A DNA stretch of 61,701 nucleotides, counting the filler, from Choristocarpus tenellus KU-1152 (Eukaryota; Protista; Phaeophyceae): NCBI GenBank assembly GCA_964200185.2. It is 11 parts of 11 records of this genome, joined end to end, with 100 filler letters (N's around TTAATTAATTAA, not from the genome) between each part and the next. Parts side by side here need not be neighbours in the genome. Positions count along the whole stretch, not along the records: positions 10,021 to 17,419 come from CAXNAD020006217.1; positions 17,520 to 20,262 come from CAXNAD020025124.1; positions 20,363 to 25,173 come from CAXNAD020012971.1; positions 25,274 to 37,469 come from CAXNAD020001928.1; 7 more parts are not named here. One strand, written 5' to 3'. Every line of letters starts with the position of its first letter. The first letter of the stretch is position 1. Shown here piece by piece: positions 12,764 through 25,342 of the stretch. Under the pieces are notes generated by a model. It did not search any database. It was not told the DNA's origin and was given only the letters and a program-made list of their open reading frames with translations. The position numbers and the translations under genes were made by a program.

Positions 12764-15700
12764 ACATTTTTCAAAGGAGATGCCATATAGATGCCATAGA
12801 AGAACTTACACAATTAATCAGGTTGCAAACAATTGTACTAAAATAATCCCCAGATACAGCTGAAGTGAAAATTCAATTTGACAATTTTCAAAGGAGATTA
12901 AAATGTGATTCTTTGAATTTAGGTCTTAGTGAAAGATATCATTCAGCATTATTAATTGCTCCAGAACAATCAATTACATCGTTTTCAAATGCTACAACAA
13001 CAAATATAATTAAAAAATACTTGAGGTACTTCTTAGAATGCTCGAGTGAAAGTAACCGAGGGGATTGTACGTTTTGGCTGTTTCGATTTACTTTATTTCT
13101 TCTACTTTGCTTAAAGAAGGTGGAGACGTGCAAGAAGGGCTGTCAACAAGGACCTTGCTTCTGGACATTGAGTGCCCTTACAAAACAGAACCACACAAAA
13201 TGCACTCCACCGGTGTGGACAATGTGTTCCAAAAGCATGTGCCACCAGAAAGTCAGAGAGACCCTGAAACCTCATTGGCATCCTCCTCTTGGTTGCTTTG
13301 ACTCCTTAGTTGAAAGTATCAGTTGCAGGAATTCACCACATAAAGTTTGGTTTTGAAACTGCTGACTTGAGGCGAGTACATACCAGAGTATATCATATTT
13401 GATGATAAAACTACTGAAGAAGAAATGAAAAGTGGGGTCTCAGGGGAAAAATACATGTATCAAAAAGGAACAATCTAGTGGAAGTTTCAGTCAAATTAAT
13501 ATATTTTTAGCTATCTTGTAAAAATATGGAAGAAGCCCATAAGTAACAAAAGTATTTTTAGAAATAAAATTCTTTTTTTGGCAACATAGAACTTTGATCT
13601 CTTATTCATTTTACATAACAGCATATGTTGATCAAACGTTTACAAATAGAAATCTATTCAATGTGCTAAGAAGAGATGAAGAAAATATTTTCTTGGACAA
13701 CTTTTAGCAAGATCAGTGATTTTTTTAATATTTGAAATAATGATTGATCAGTAAATAGTAATGTGTGGAGCTTCAAACAGCCAAGAACAAAAACTGATCT
13801 AGAAACTAAAAATACACTAGTAGAATTGAGCTTTATTATCTAAAATCACAAAAAGATACATATAGTACAAAACACTAAGGGTACATTTTATACTGCATAA
13901 TTCTCTCACGTCAAATGTATCTTTCATAAAATTCTGAAAAACATGATCGAAATGTGTTTATCAAAGGTATCCAATGATTTTGCATTACTGGTAAAATATT
14001 TTTTCAGAACCAATCTACTTATCAGTGGATATCCAATTAGAAAACGTTTATTGAAAGAAAGATATCTCTTCACAAAAATATCAACAAAATACTTGGTATA
14101 ATACAAGCAAACATATCATAGAGAATTTCTTTCTTTACACAAAAAATCAATGGAATCCTTTCTTGTATTGCAGCTGACCTTCTGACCTTTCGGTGTATAC
14201 TTTCGTATGCTGATGTGTGTTTTACTCAAACAAACAGGCACATTCTTTTTGTCTATTATTTTTGACTTCACTTTAGTATGGGCACTATCCTTACCAGTGG
14301 TCAGAGGCTCTACACACACTACACTACTTGTCATACTTAACTGGTGACACCATCTGTTGCACTACAACTAATTGTACTATCCTTGTTTCTGGCAGAATTG
14401 ATATGAAAAGAAAATTTGGTATCATATGGAAGAGATTACAATAATGTATATGTTTATTTAACTGATATTATTCTATGTAATCCCTGGAAAAGATCATTGA
14501 AGTCATGTAACAAAACTTTGAAAATTACAGAAGATTATTAAATTACTCAAGTCAACTGTTAGTGAAATATATGCCCCATAATTCTCTCACATTCAAATTT
14601 GACGATGCACCATTGGAAAGATATTGTCATAATGTTATTATATACAATAGAGATACTACAAGGGTACTATGACTGGTACAATATTTTGTTTACAATGAAT
14701 GCATGTATTAGTTCGTATTATTATGTTAGAAGAGATTTTATCTGAAAACATTATCGACCACATCAAATACTTCCTGCAAGTTGTATCGGGGTATGTTTCG
14801 TTCTCTGAATATATAAACAGTGAGTCAATATTTTATGTAACCACTGAGTCTCCCTCTGTTCAAGATCCTGTTCTTGGGTTCTGATATATGTTTAGTCCAA
14901 AGGGGAGCATATCATAGACATTGTCAAAAGCAGAGGTTTCCAGAAGCCGTGGACGGCATTGCAAATATAGGCTTATGAGCAAGTTCAATGCCACAGGCCT
15001 GTGAATGTGCCAGACATGGCTTTAGAAGAAGGAATGAGGAAAGGCATCCCCTTTGGGAAGGGTCATTATATGTAAACCTCCAACATGCTAAGTATCAGCA
15101 CTGCGGCCCTTATCCACAAGCCCACTCACAAGCTGCCAAATTGACTTTCCCAATTAGTTCAAGTATACTATTCACACACGAGTGTTGGACTCACCTTATC
15201 ATGACCAGCTTCTGCCTGGCCTACACTCGTAGAACAAAGGTTGCTGTGTTGACAGCGCATACACATTGTCGACGTCTTGCCACCCCCCTCCTGGCCTGAG
15301 CTACTCTAGCAGACATCTGACAGAGGTTGAGGGGGATTCAAAGGGTGAGTGAAGGCAGTGGCACAGAACTTGGTGGTTGACACGAAGATTGGGGGCTAGC
15401 ATTATGATAATAGAGACTGGGTTTTGATGGACACCAAAGCTTGGGTCTGGGTTTCAAGGTGGGTGCTGGGGGCGTTAGAGATGGAGGTTAGGGTAGCATT
15501 TATAGGTGGAAACATTTTGAATGTAGTAACCCGAGACAGGTTTGGGGTTGTGGTAGGATGGCTGCCTTTCAGCGAGCCCATTCTTGGACTTGAGCCCTAG
15601 GAGCTCCATTTAGTACCTTGCCATGCTACCCTTCCTTTATTTCCGTTTGCCATTGGTGCACTTCTTCACGCATTGATTAATGGCCGCAAGTATCAGTACA

Positions 15701-17235
15701 TAGGCATCCTTTGAGCATTACATCCGAAAAAAGCTAATGTTCCTGTCATGATTCAAATTTCTTCATCCTATATCTTAGTCTTTTGCTCTAATGCCCTTCC
15801 CTAATTTTCGCATTGCCTCATACATGACCAACTTTCTCACACCCACACCTACCCTCAACTAGCATTGCCTTTCGTGTATGGTTCCGTGTATCCCACCCAC
15901 GACCTTGCCTATAGTTCCCTACCTGGGCCCGCAGAGCTGCTCTCTGACGTTTGCCCTTGATCTTCCTTTTGTTAAGAGAAAGCCCTTGTACCTGGCAAGG
16001 CGGAAAAATGGGATGAGGAATGTCCAAGTTCATTTCACTCTTCCCTGTATGCTCTCTATGCTGTGTGTTGGAGGAAGGAGTATTTCAAATCTGGTTGAGA
16101 CTGGTGTGCATTGAGTAGTTGCTTTTCAAACCGGTTGTCTCCTCGAATGTTTGTGTGTTCTACACCCTACTTCCATGACTGGATACTATCAGCCTGGTCC
16201 TGCTGCTTGATAACAAAATTGCATCCAGCACATTTACAACAATTAGATCTGTGAAACATCATTCAAGTCTTGTACCATGTAGAAAAACGATTCATAAAAA
16301 AATCGGCCATCAGTTATCACGTGGGCTATGTCAGGGCATGCATGGACTGCACTGCAAAAGCATACATGATATATCAGGCGTGCGTCGTTTTCTGTCAACT
16401 TCTACTTTAAGCTAAGTAAGTGGTCAAGCCAACAGAAAAATCGTCCATCACATCCATCACCATGCTGTGCAAGAACTGCACATATGACTCACACCCCTAT
16501 TCCCACCTCTAATTGTCTCGTTTCTGGTGCTAAAAAGGCCCTAGATCACGGGAGTCTTTACATGGCACCTTTCCGACTACAGCATAGAATGGGTAAATTA
16601 TAGTGCACCGGAGGATGGTACTGAACATTCTGCAATAAAGCTGTAGGGTTGATGCTTCCAGCACTGCCGGACACTCCTTCATTGCGGCCCATTCTCAGAA
16701 TTGGGACTGGATACTGGTTGCCGCCAGACCTTTCCTAATCCCAACACAGATCACCTCCACTATGTCATCAATCTCACTGGGATATCAGTTGCGGTATTGG
16801 AGGCCATTGACATTAGTTCAATGTAGACGTTCCAATGCTTTATTTTCATTGCGATACATTTTTTTTCTCGTTAAAGACAGAGATCATGCTGTGTGTAGAC
16901 CAACAAGAGTAGGTCACCTCTATTTAGGAGGAGGAAAACTTCTCAACTGATCGTCTTGCAGCCAAGGGACAGAGAGTGCGTAATGGTTCGTGGACGTTTT
17001 CAAAGTACTCATATGAAGAGTCACACAGGTTTACTGAATTTGGTTGGAAACTAGAGGTAGGTTAATGGTACTGAAAAAAGAATCACACAGACAAAAACAC
17101 GAGTGTGTAAAGGTGTGTTACATTGAAAATTGTACACAACACTTAATGTCCATATACTTGCTTGCTTCCCAAAATGTCAACAAGGGGAAGTCATGCAAGA
17201 ATTCCAATTCATAGAGTGAAGTACAACTGGGAGGA

Positions 17236-17412
17236 GGTCCAAAGTATCTGGGGGGGGGGTAGAGGCTATCCACTTGAAGTCAATTTTTTCTTGTTGTGAT
17301 TTTTGTGTGATTTGGTGGCATACGTGGGATGGACAATGTAAATGCAAGTTTTCTGATTTTGGTCCAAAAGGACACCCTGGTGTAGACCCCCCACCCCCAG
17401 ATACTTTGGGTC
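17236..17412. mobile_element. MITE family B, full copy
   Basis: GGTCCAAAGTATCTG-polyG ... GGTGTAGACCCCCCACCCCCAGATACTTTGGGTC; body aligns to 8177-8362. Confidence 0.85.
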
Positions 17413-17519
17413 TCTACTCNNNNNNNNNNNNNNNNNNNNNNNNNNNNNNNNNNNNNNNNNNNNTTAATTAATTAANNNNNNNNNNNNNNNNNNNNNNNNN
17501 NNNNNNNNNNNNNNNNNNN

Positions 17520-18599
17520 GTTGAGGTGACCCATGATGTTGTGCCAGTCAGAGAGGGAGAGACGCTGCTGCTTATTTGTGTAGCTAGCATTGATTGTTGC
17601 CTGGCCTTTCTCCCCTTTCTCCATCTGGAATTGGGCCCTCAGCATCAGGAAGGCTCCCTTCTCCTCTAAGTAGATTTTGACTGCCTCCTTGCTGGGCTTG
17701 AATTAACTCCTCCTGATCCCAGAGTCAACAAATTCACCTCCCTTGCGCCGCAGGCTACCTGTGCTAAGAAGTCTGAATGGTAGACCAGGCACCCAGAGCA
17801 CATCCTGGAGTACATTTTGGTCGGCTTGCCCATCTCGTTAGTGGCTTCCAGTACCATCTTGCCTGTTGCCTGTGCTTCCAATGTACCTTTATTACCAAAG
17901 GTGCAGGTGCGGGCGATCTTTGTTGCTTCAGTGAGGTCCTGCAATCGCGGGGTAAGGTGCACATTTGCCCCCGAGTCATATAGTAGGCTGATGGTCTTTG
18001 TCTTGGTGATATCTTGAGTGGAGGATAGATGTGCTGCCTCCACCATTCTGTCATACACTTCCTCCCCCACAGACACATTCATGGTCAGGAATGCTCGAGA
18101 TGAGCCCTGCTTAGCCTTGTCTCCGTCTATGCCACCACTGTTCCTTTCCCTGGTTGGTGGTGGGGGAAATCTTGGTTTCGGTATTCCATAGTAACTCTTA
18201 GCAGGAGGTTGGCCAGTCAAGTATAAGGGACATTCTCGCCACCAGTGATTATATTTTAAACAGAATGTACATTGATTTGGATCGAAGCCTTTCTTGGACC
18301 ATTGTTTTCTATTCTGATTTTCTGCTCCTGTATGAAGCGCCATCGCCCCCGATCTCCTAGGTGTGTCTCCTATGACCTCCAGCTTCAAGCCATGCTGCCC
18401 TCCCATCGGGGCTGCCATTATGCTCGTGCGAGCTGACCACCATCGCAGCAGCACCTCTCGTGGCCTGGCCCAAAAGGAACCATAATGCCTCACGATGTTT
18501 GACGTACTCCTCGTACGCGCTGCGTTCTCCAAACGATGTGTCAGGCGTGGGAGGTGGCGGAATGCGGTATTCTGGTTGGAGGATCCGGTACAGTCCTTT
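17520..18599 (-). mobile_element. Ty1/copia gag-pol fragment (Gag, CCHC knuckle, protease, GAG-pre-integrase), frameshifted
   Basis: Gag LGQATRGAAAMVV...DGRAAWLE; zinc knuckle CTFCLKYNHWWRECP; protease YDSGANVHLT; LSLSDWHNIMGHLN at the contig edge. Confidence 0.92.
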
Positions 18600-18859
18600 G
18601 AGCCAAAGTATCTTAGAGGGTAGGACCACGTCCAATTGGGGGCCAAAATCCAATGTTGCGATTTTGATGTAATTTTGGCTATTGTGTTTTTTAGGAAGTG
18701 TCAGTATATCCTTGTTCCAGACAAACCTTTTCATAACGTATACATTTTACCTACTCCAAAACATTTTGGAGTAGGAAAATGTCATAAAAAATCCATGGGA
18801 AGCCAAACCCCAAATCGACAAACAGGGCAAAACACTTACCCTCTAAGATACTTTCACTC
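18600..18859. mobile_element. MITE family A copy abutting the copia gag
   Basis: GAGCCAAAGTATCTTAGAGGGTA ... TACCCTCTAAGATACTTTCACTC; central hairpin CCTACTCCAAAA-CA-TTTTGGAGTAGG. A family-C terminus follows at ~18919-18941. Confidence 0.92.
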
Positions 18860-19366
18860 AATGTGAGACTCTTGGAAAATAAGGATATAGGGAAAGGTGG
18901 TCAGAACACACAAACGCGGTACCTATCGTTTACTTTGACTCAGTCTATTTCAATAGAAATTGGAGTCGTGTAGCAATCGTAGTGTAATGGCTCTTAGGCC
19001 TTCACCTTTTTACGCTTTCTTCATCATATACCACCCACAGGGATGCAAGAAAGCATGGGGGTCCAATATCCGGCAGGCTTTCAATGTTTATGAGAAACCG
19101 AAGATTGCCGCTGGCTAATTGTGGGGAGGTCGGGTGATCAGGTCAAGGTGCATTGCTAAGGAAGGATATATAGCCCAAACTCAACATATCGTTTGTAGTT
19201 GGTTTCTCATAAATTATGTTAATACCAAACAATAAAAAGACATTGTTTGCATCGCTGTGCCCCTGTGGGAAGGATATGCAATCAGGTGTACCTACCTTGA
19301 ACATGAGGATGGTGATTTCGCTGGCACTGCATGCACAATCATAATCCGTGCAAGGGTCAGTTCGAT

Positions 19367-19635
19367 GTAGAGACTCCGTAGACGTTTCATGCGTTTTAAG
19401 CTGGAGACACCAAGGAGATGGGCAAGGAGGGGCTTGTTTAGATTGTTGGGATGCTTCCCTACCTCCTCACCCTGGGGTACAGGACTAAGCTTAGGTGGTG
19501 GCAAAATAGTATAGAGATAATGTCTTTTCACATTTACGACAACTGTTACTTTTTTAGGGGGTTTTCTGACATGTAAAATTGTTTTCATTGGTTTTTCCCC
19601 TAACACATCTGCAAAATGTCACAAAGCATAATAAA
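19367..19635 (+). mobile_element. 5'-truncated 3' end of a non-LTR retrotransposon (same family as 43850-44760)
   Basis: TCATGCGTTTTAAGCTGGAGAC...GGAGATGGGCAAGGAGGGGCT...GGGATGCTTCC...ACATCTGCAAAAT, shared with 23751-24060 and 44200-44760. Confidence 0.75.
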
Positions 19636-21586
19636 ATAATAAAGTATTCCTCTGTTCCCTGAGTCTGGAACGTACTGAATCTTAACTTTTGTTTTGACCG
19701 TTTCTTTACGACTACAAAGATTTGCCACTGATGTATGGCTCAAATTAAAGGTCAGAATATAATTGTTTGGAGGGGATTTTTTGTTTTCGTATTTTATTCC
19801 GAAATAGTTCTGCAGCTGTTCTGAGAAGTGGAACCGACAAAACAGTCCTCTTCGGTCCCATTTTCAGTGGGTGTGGTGCACTCCATGACGGGCATAATGG
19901 CCCCCAACAGTCACACAAAATCTCAGCACATCGCTAAGAGCTGTACAGTTCTCACTAAACCTCTGGACCATCTGCGACTTGAGTCCCGTAACCAAGATAT
20001 ATGGCCACTCCAGCCAGGGTACAAATTGTGGGTTGAGCAAGGATGGTCGAAACTTGCTGGCCGTAGACAATGTTCTAGCAATACCTCCCAGTAAGAAATG
20101 GTTTCTGAAAGGTGTTGGACCAGAGTTGGCAGAGCAGTTTGGTGTTGGTGAACAATATCCGAGACAATTGTGGGCGGCGTGTATGAGAATGGTTGGACAA
20201 CGGCAACATGCTTTCACTGAATCAGTGTCACAAAGGGGGGGGGGGGGGCCCCAGCCTCCACCNNNNNNNNNNNNNNNNNNNNNNNNNNNNNNNNNNNNNN
20301 NNNNNNTTAATTAATTAANNNNNNNNNNNNNNNNNNNNNNNNNNNNNNNNNNNNNNNNNNNNGGGGGGGGGGGGGGGGGGAGGGGGGGGGGGGGGAGGAG
20401 GATGGGCATGACTACAGTAAGTTATGACAAGTTTGAGAGGGTACGGACCATGGCAGTACAAAAAAAACACACTAGCACAAATCCTCGAATAGAGTACTTT
20501 TGACCTACAACCTTGCATACCATCTCCACATCAAACAAACACATTTGAAACGCTTACAGACTGAACGATAAACCTGGAATTACTTTTCGATTTTTTTCCT
20601 CATAGGAGGTCAATTTGGCTAAGAATAGAAAATAAAAAACAAGAAAATGTTGCAGGTTGTAGTATGCTGAAATACAGCGCTGCGGTGAATCTTTCGCTCT
20701 CTCTGTGTATGTGAGCGCACGTGCGATTGTATCCCCGCCTGTTCGCCCACTTGCAAACAGCAAAAATAGGAATCTCTACCATCAAACTCATGACAAATCG
20801 CTCTGCTCAGCTCCACTGAGCAGCCTAAAATATCTACAACCTAAGAACCTTACAAAACCTAGCCAACTACAAGACACTACAACAAAATGTAAAAATCCGC
20901 CTACAAAAACATCACCCTCCACTCTCCCACATCTCCCCCCAACCTCCGACTATCGCTGCACACCAAATCACTCCTTCACGGCTATCACTTCCTGGGCATG
21001 GCTTATTCTTTTCAATAAAACAAAAAAAAATACTAAAACAAAAAAAATACTAAAACAAAAAAGGCTTTCCTCTTGATCGCTAGGTCTACAACAGTGTCCA
21101 AATGCGTCACAAAAGCATTTCTCGCAAGGAGTACTTCGTCGCCAAGAAAGAGAGTCAGAGGCACAGTGATGATACTCCCAAACACATCCAAACAATAAAA
21201 TTTACAAATAAAAAACATTTTCGTCCTTGTTATCGGCACTGCAGTAGAGGGTAGCAACATGTACTTCAAGCACTACTACCGCGGAATGTGATGCATGCTT
21301 CAACCAATATATCACATGCGGACTAAAAAAAAAAAACCCTTAAAATAACTCAATTTTGACTACGAATATATATATTTAAAAAAAGTAGTTGTACACGCAA
21401 GCACAGCTCCTTACCGCGAGTCACATCTTCATTTCCAAAACCACATTATCACCTTCTGACCACGTCCATCTCAAAACATTTCCCATCAAACAACCTTGGA
21501 TAAAAGCAAACACCCAACGAGCACAGAAATCTCTCTTCATCTCCTAGCTCCAGATCCCTGCCCCTGCCTCTCTCTACCTCCCTCAC

Positions 21587-23430
21587 CTCATTGGTCTGTT
21601 CCTCCTCTAGCACCCCCTCACTCTGATCAACCCTCCCGCTCACAAGCTTCCCCGGGCATGTGAGACAGCTCCCAGACATGCAAGATGATGGGAGCTCCAC
21701 CCCAGCATCCATGGCTGCCTCCAACAGGGTGGTCTCCGCATCACAGGTTACCTCATGTATTGTCCCATCCCAATCTATCTTTACCTACATCATTGAGGCG
21801 TGTTCGGTTGTTGGGGAATGGATGTGTATAGGGGAGGGGGTGGGGGTGGAGGATCAAAGGGCCTAATATTAGTGCTTCATTGGAAAACAGTGTTATCTGT
21901 CTGTACAAAGCAAAAACATAACTCCTTAGCTTTCTTAGGCAGCATGGTACACATGGGAGAGCATGTTTGAAATGTGGGGCAGACTGTACATTGTATAGAG
22001 CCTCAGCGCCTAGCTTTCAGGAAACATCAAATATGCTTCCTCTCTTCAGATTCATTCAGATGTACAGCAAACAGTGCAACATCCACACACATGCCCAACA
22101 GGGTTACAGAGTAGAAGCATATAGCCCAGTGGGGAAATTCTGGAGTTCTGCAAGTGAAAAATAGATCGGTGGAGCAGTACAATGCAATGCATTCTCCTCA
22201 AACGGTACAAATAATTCCACACATCTCTTCACATTTTTTTAGTTATATCGTACTGCCGGATCGACCCAAACCCTAGTTTAAAAGCTGTTGCCAAACGAGG
22301 ATTGCAAGGGAAGGCATCACAGCATATTAGCCGACTACAACATGGTATCAACATACAAGAATTAGTTGCAACTTTGCAATTGCATCCCCCATGCTACGGG
22401 AGGATGACCTAAATAAATAATATACACTGCAAAAACAAAACCAGCTTCTTTTTTTTGAGACAAGACTCCCGCAGATTACCTTTAAAGAAGAGTAAACTCA
22501 TAACAGTAGTGTAATCATCACCTAGCAAGAAATAAAGGAAATATTACAGGAGAGGAATGTCCCTCCCACCCACCACCTCCTAAATTTCAAGCAGAGACAA
22601 AATATTTCCTTCGCAAAACGACGAGAAGTAGTGGGTCATTGGGTCATCTTAACGTCTTCTTCCCAACAACGTGTATCCTCTTCAACTAACCTTGAAGCCC
22701 GTCGAACCCGAGGCATCCGTTTCTGGCGCCATTGGAGCAGCTGGCACAGCTGGGGGCGCAGGAGGAGGGTTCACCACAATCTCGGCAACAGGCGCAGCGG
22801 TTGCTGTGAGGAGAGGTGCGGGGGAAGACACCCCTCCCTGCTCTGCAAGCCATTGATTAATACGCTCCTCGGCCAGTGTGGTGCTGAAAGAAACGGAAGG
22901 ATGATGGCAGGGCAAGGAGGTTGAGGAAGGGGGAGCGATCGGAGTTAAGGGAACGGAGAGTTGTTGGTGACGAAGAGTGTAAAGGAAGTGTTCCTGTAGC
23001 CCATAATAATTTCTTGTTCAAACGCCCTAGATTCTAAGCATGGCAAACCATCCTACCTTACTAGGTCGACATTTCCCTTCACCGGCTTGGAGACGGAAGG
23101 AGGAGAGGACGGTGCGTCCACCTCAGCCCCATTTAGCCTCCCTGCATCGAAAGTAGCCGGGGTCGTAGGCTGACTCTGACCCGCCAAATTCCTGACAATA
23201 TTTGATAGGTCCTCTACCTGCGCTACGAGGTTCGCTACTGCTACCTGGAGTTCTTCGTTCGTCGCACCCATACGCAGGTTAGATTTTGAGGAGAAGACTA
23301 CTGTGGAGCGCTGATTCAATACTGCTGCATTGAACCGGCAAGTCGTTGTTGGCGCCACGGCAATGAACGCGCTTGAGAGTCCACATGCAACTAGTAGACA
23401 ACATGAGGAAAACCATCGGGCCGTACCCAT
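21587..23430 (-). CDS. Plastid-targeted plant-type 2Fe-2S ferredoxin with long N-terminal extension (last exon not found)
   Basis: Phase-consistent exons 23430-23057, 22883-22691 and 21784-21587. N-terminus MGTARWFSSCCLLVACGLSSAF (signal peptide plus AF motif). Fer2 domain KVKIDWDG...TLLEAAMDAGVELPSSCMSGSCLTCPGKLVSGRVDQSEG (Cx4Cx2C). The exon carrying the fourth Cys was not found on this contig. Confidence 0.88.
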
Positions 23431-23750
23431 GACTCACAGTTCTACTACTTCCTTGTCCCAATTGCCCTTTCTCGTTCTAGCTACTACAGTCGTTCACCAG
23501 ATAACTGCCACTAGATATAGAACGTGACGCAGAAAATGCGAAGTTCAAAGGTCTAGTTGTTGGCAGCGACAAGGAATACACTACATCTCCAAAAAAGCAT
23601 TATTTGGTGATTGTTCGGAAGGTTTCGCGGGTAAATTTCTCTTAATTGTGGTGTATTTCCAAATATATACCGTCCTTGTTCATCAGTGCTAAAATATTTT
23701 ACCGCAAACTGTAATAAACATGAGAGTGAGAGAGAATGATGTGGGAGATG

Positions 23751-24265
23751 CAAGTAGCCCTAAGTAGATGTGTCATGCGTTTTAAGCTGGAGCCAACAGG
23801 GAGATGGGCAAGGAGGGGCTTATTAGATTCGTGGGATGCTTCCCTAACTTCTCGCCCTGGGGTGCAGGAATAGGTTTGATACACAGGAAGGGAGTAGTCT
23901 AACATAGATACGTGGTGTTCAAATAGGAAATAGATTAACGTTTTTCACTTTTGTGATAAGTGTTACCTAGGGATTTTTCAGACATACATGTGGAATAGTT
24001 TTCATTACTTTTTTCCCTATCACATCTACAAAATGTAAGAGGGCATAAATATAAAATATGTGGGAGAATGTGGGATAAAGCTACTTTTACACGTCTTTTA
24101 TGTTATTGGGAGGAGAGGATCCTACACATATTTATAACTACATTTTTCACTTTTGTGACAACTGCTACTTCCTTTCTTTAGGGACTTTCCAGACATGTGA
24201 ATAGTTTTCATTAGTATTTCCTTTGGCACATCTACAAAATATCAGAGGGCACAAAAATATAAATA
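23751..24265 (+). mobile_element. 5'-truncated non-LTR retrotransposon 3' end with a duplicated tail (~24135-24265)
   Basis: Aligns to 19367-19635 and 44190-44760. The segment TTTTCACTTTTGTGA...CAGACAT...ACATCTACAAAAT...GAGGGCA occurs twice. Confidence 0.75.
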
Positions 24266-25273
24266 TAGATATATTTGTATTATTATGCCCTCAACATTTC
24301 GGAGGTATTTGAGGGGAAAACCAAAACTAGTATCGCAATGACCCTTATATAAATAAGCCCATTTCTTACAATAAAAGTAACAGTGGTAGTAAATGTGAAA
24401 GTATCTTCTCAAAATCTATTTACGATTTTGAGTACCACCTATTATGCTACAACACTCAAACGATTATTTGTTGGGTTAGGTACCAACAGTACGATAAGCA
24501 ATTTGCCAAGATATTGACGTTTGAGGAGTTTGTGAATGGAAAACGGAACCAAGGTGGACATGAAAATGAACGGTGGAAATATCACCAAGACGACCTTGGC
24601 AAGTCTGGGATAAGGCTGATAGAGCATTAAGGTCACACTATACATCATACAAAAGAGCACGTAAGGTCACCCAACCCACCAAAACCATCACTATAACTAC
24701 TACTATTAATACTGTGTACTGACTTACGTCTTCTCTGAGGGGTTCTCTTCCATCCTTTCCTCAATTCTTCTCTCCCCTTCACGTTTTTTGGGTGATGGCG
24801 ATTTTCAATGGATCCTATTCCTTTTCTTTCCATCTCTTGTCTTCTCTCTTTTTTTTATTCTTCCACTTTTCTTTTGTTTTTCTTTGATGTTTTTGTTGAT
24901 TTTTCTCAGTGTATATTTGTGAAACAGGTGAAAACAAGCCGACAGGTTCTTCGGATGAAGGGGAACGGGGAGACCCACAGGAGGCAAGATCAAAGAGAGA
25001 CAAAGTCAAAGAGGGAGAGCAATCTCTCAGAAGATCACTCAGGAAAAGAATAAACAAGCAAGAAGAATGAAGGAGGGGGGATTTGGAAGGGCACTCCAAA
25101 TCACCCAATCGTACTTCAAGCAGATGTTACCAAAAAAAAAAAAAAACAACAAAAGCAACATGAATATCATGATNNNNNNNNNNNNNNNNNNNNNNNNNNN
25201 NNNNNNNNNNNNNNNNNTTAATTAATTAANNNNNNNNNNNNNNNNNNNNNNNNNNNNNNNNNNNNNNNNNNNN

Positions 25274-25342
25274 ACCATGATTCCTCATCGCTAGTATACG
25301 CATTTTACATACATGTACGATGCATTCGATTCAGGTTTCAAC
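25274..25342 (+). repeat. Probable LTR 3' end
   Basis: ATGATTCCTCATCGCT...GTACGATGCATTCGATTCAGGTTTCAACA matches 57229-57298; similarity stops exactly after ...TTCAACA in both copies. Confidence 0.55.

Noticed and set aside
14282-14326. CCHC knuckle (CSVCRASDHW*G*C) with in-frame TAA/TAG, suggesting a TAR=Gln genetic code
   Set aside because: The paralogous copy at ~12050-12100 conserves a different frame (SSVVC..PLT.G.DS..TKVK) and lacks the His and last Cys, so the knuckle looks coincidental.
18636-18866. Recurring short ORFs such as MGAKIQCCDFDVIL / YIKIATLDFGPQ that look like a gene family
   Set aside because: They are translations of MITE A with inconsistent frames and stops between copies.
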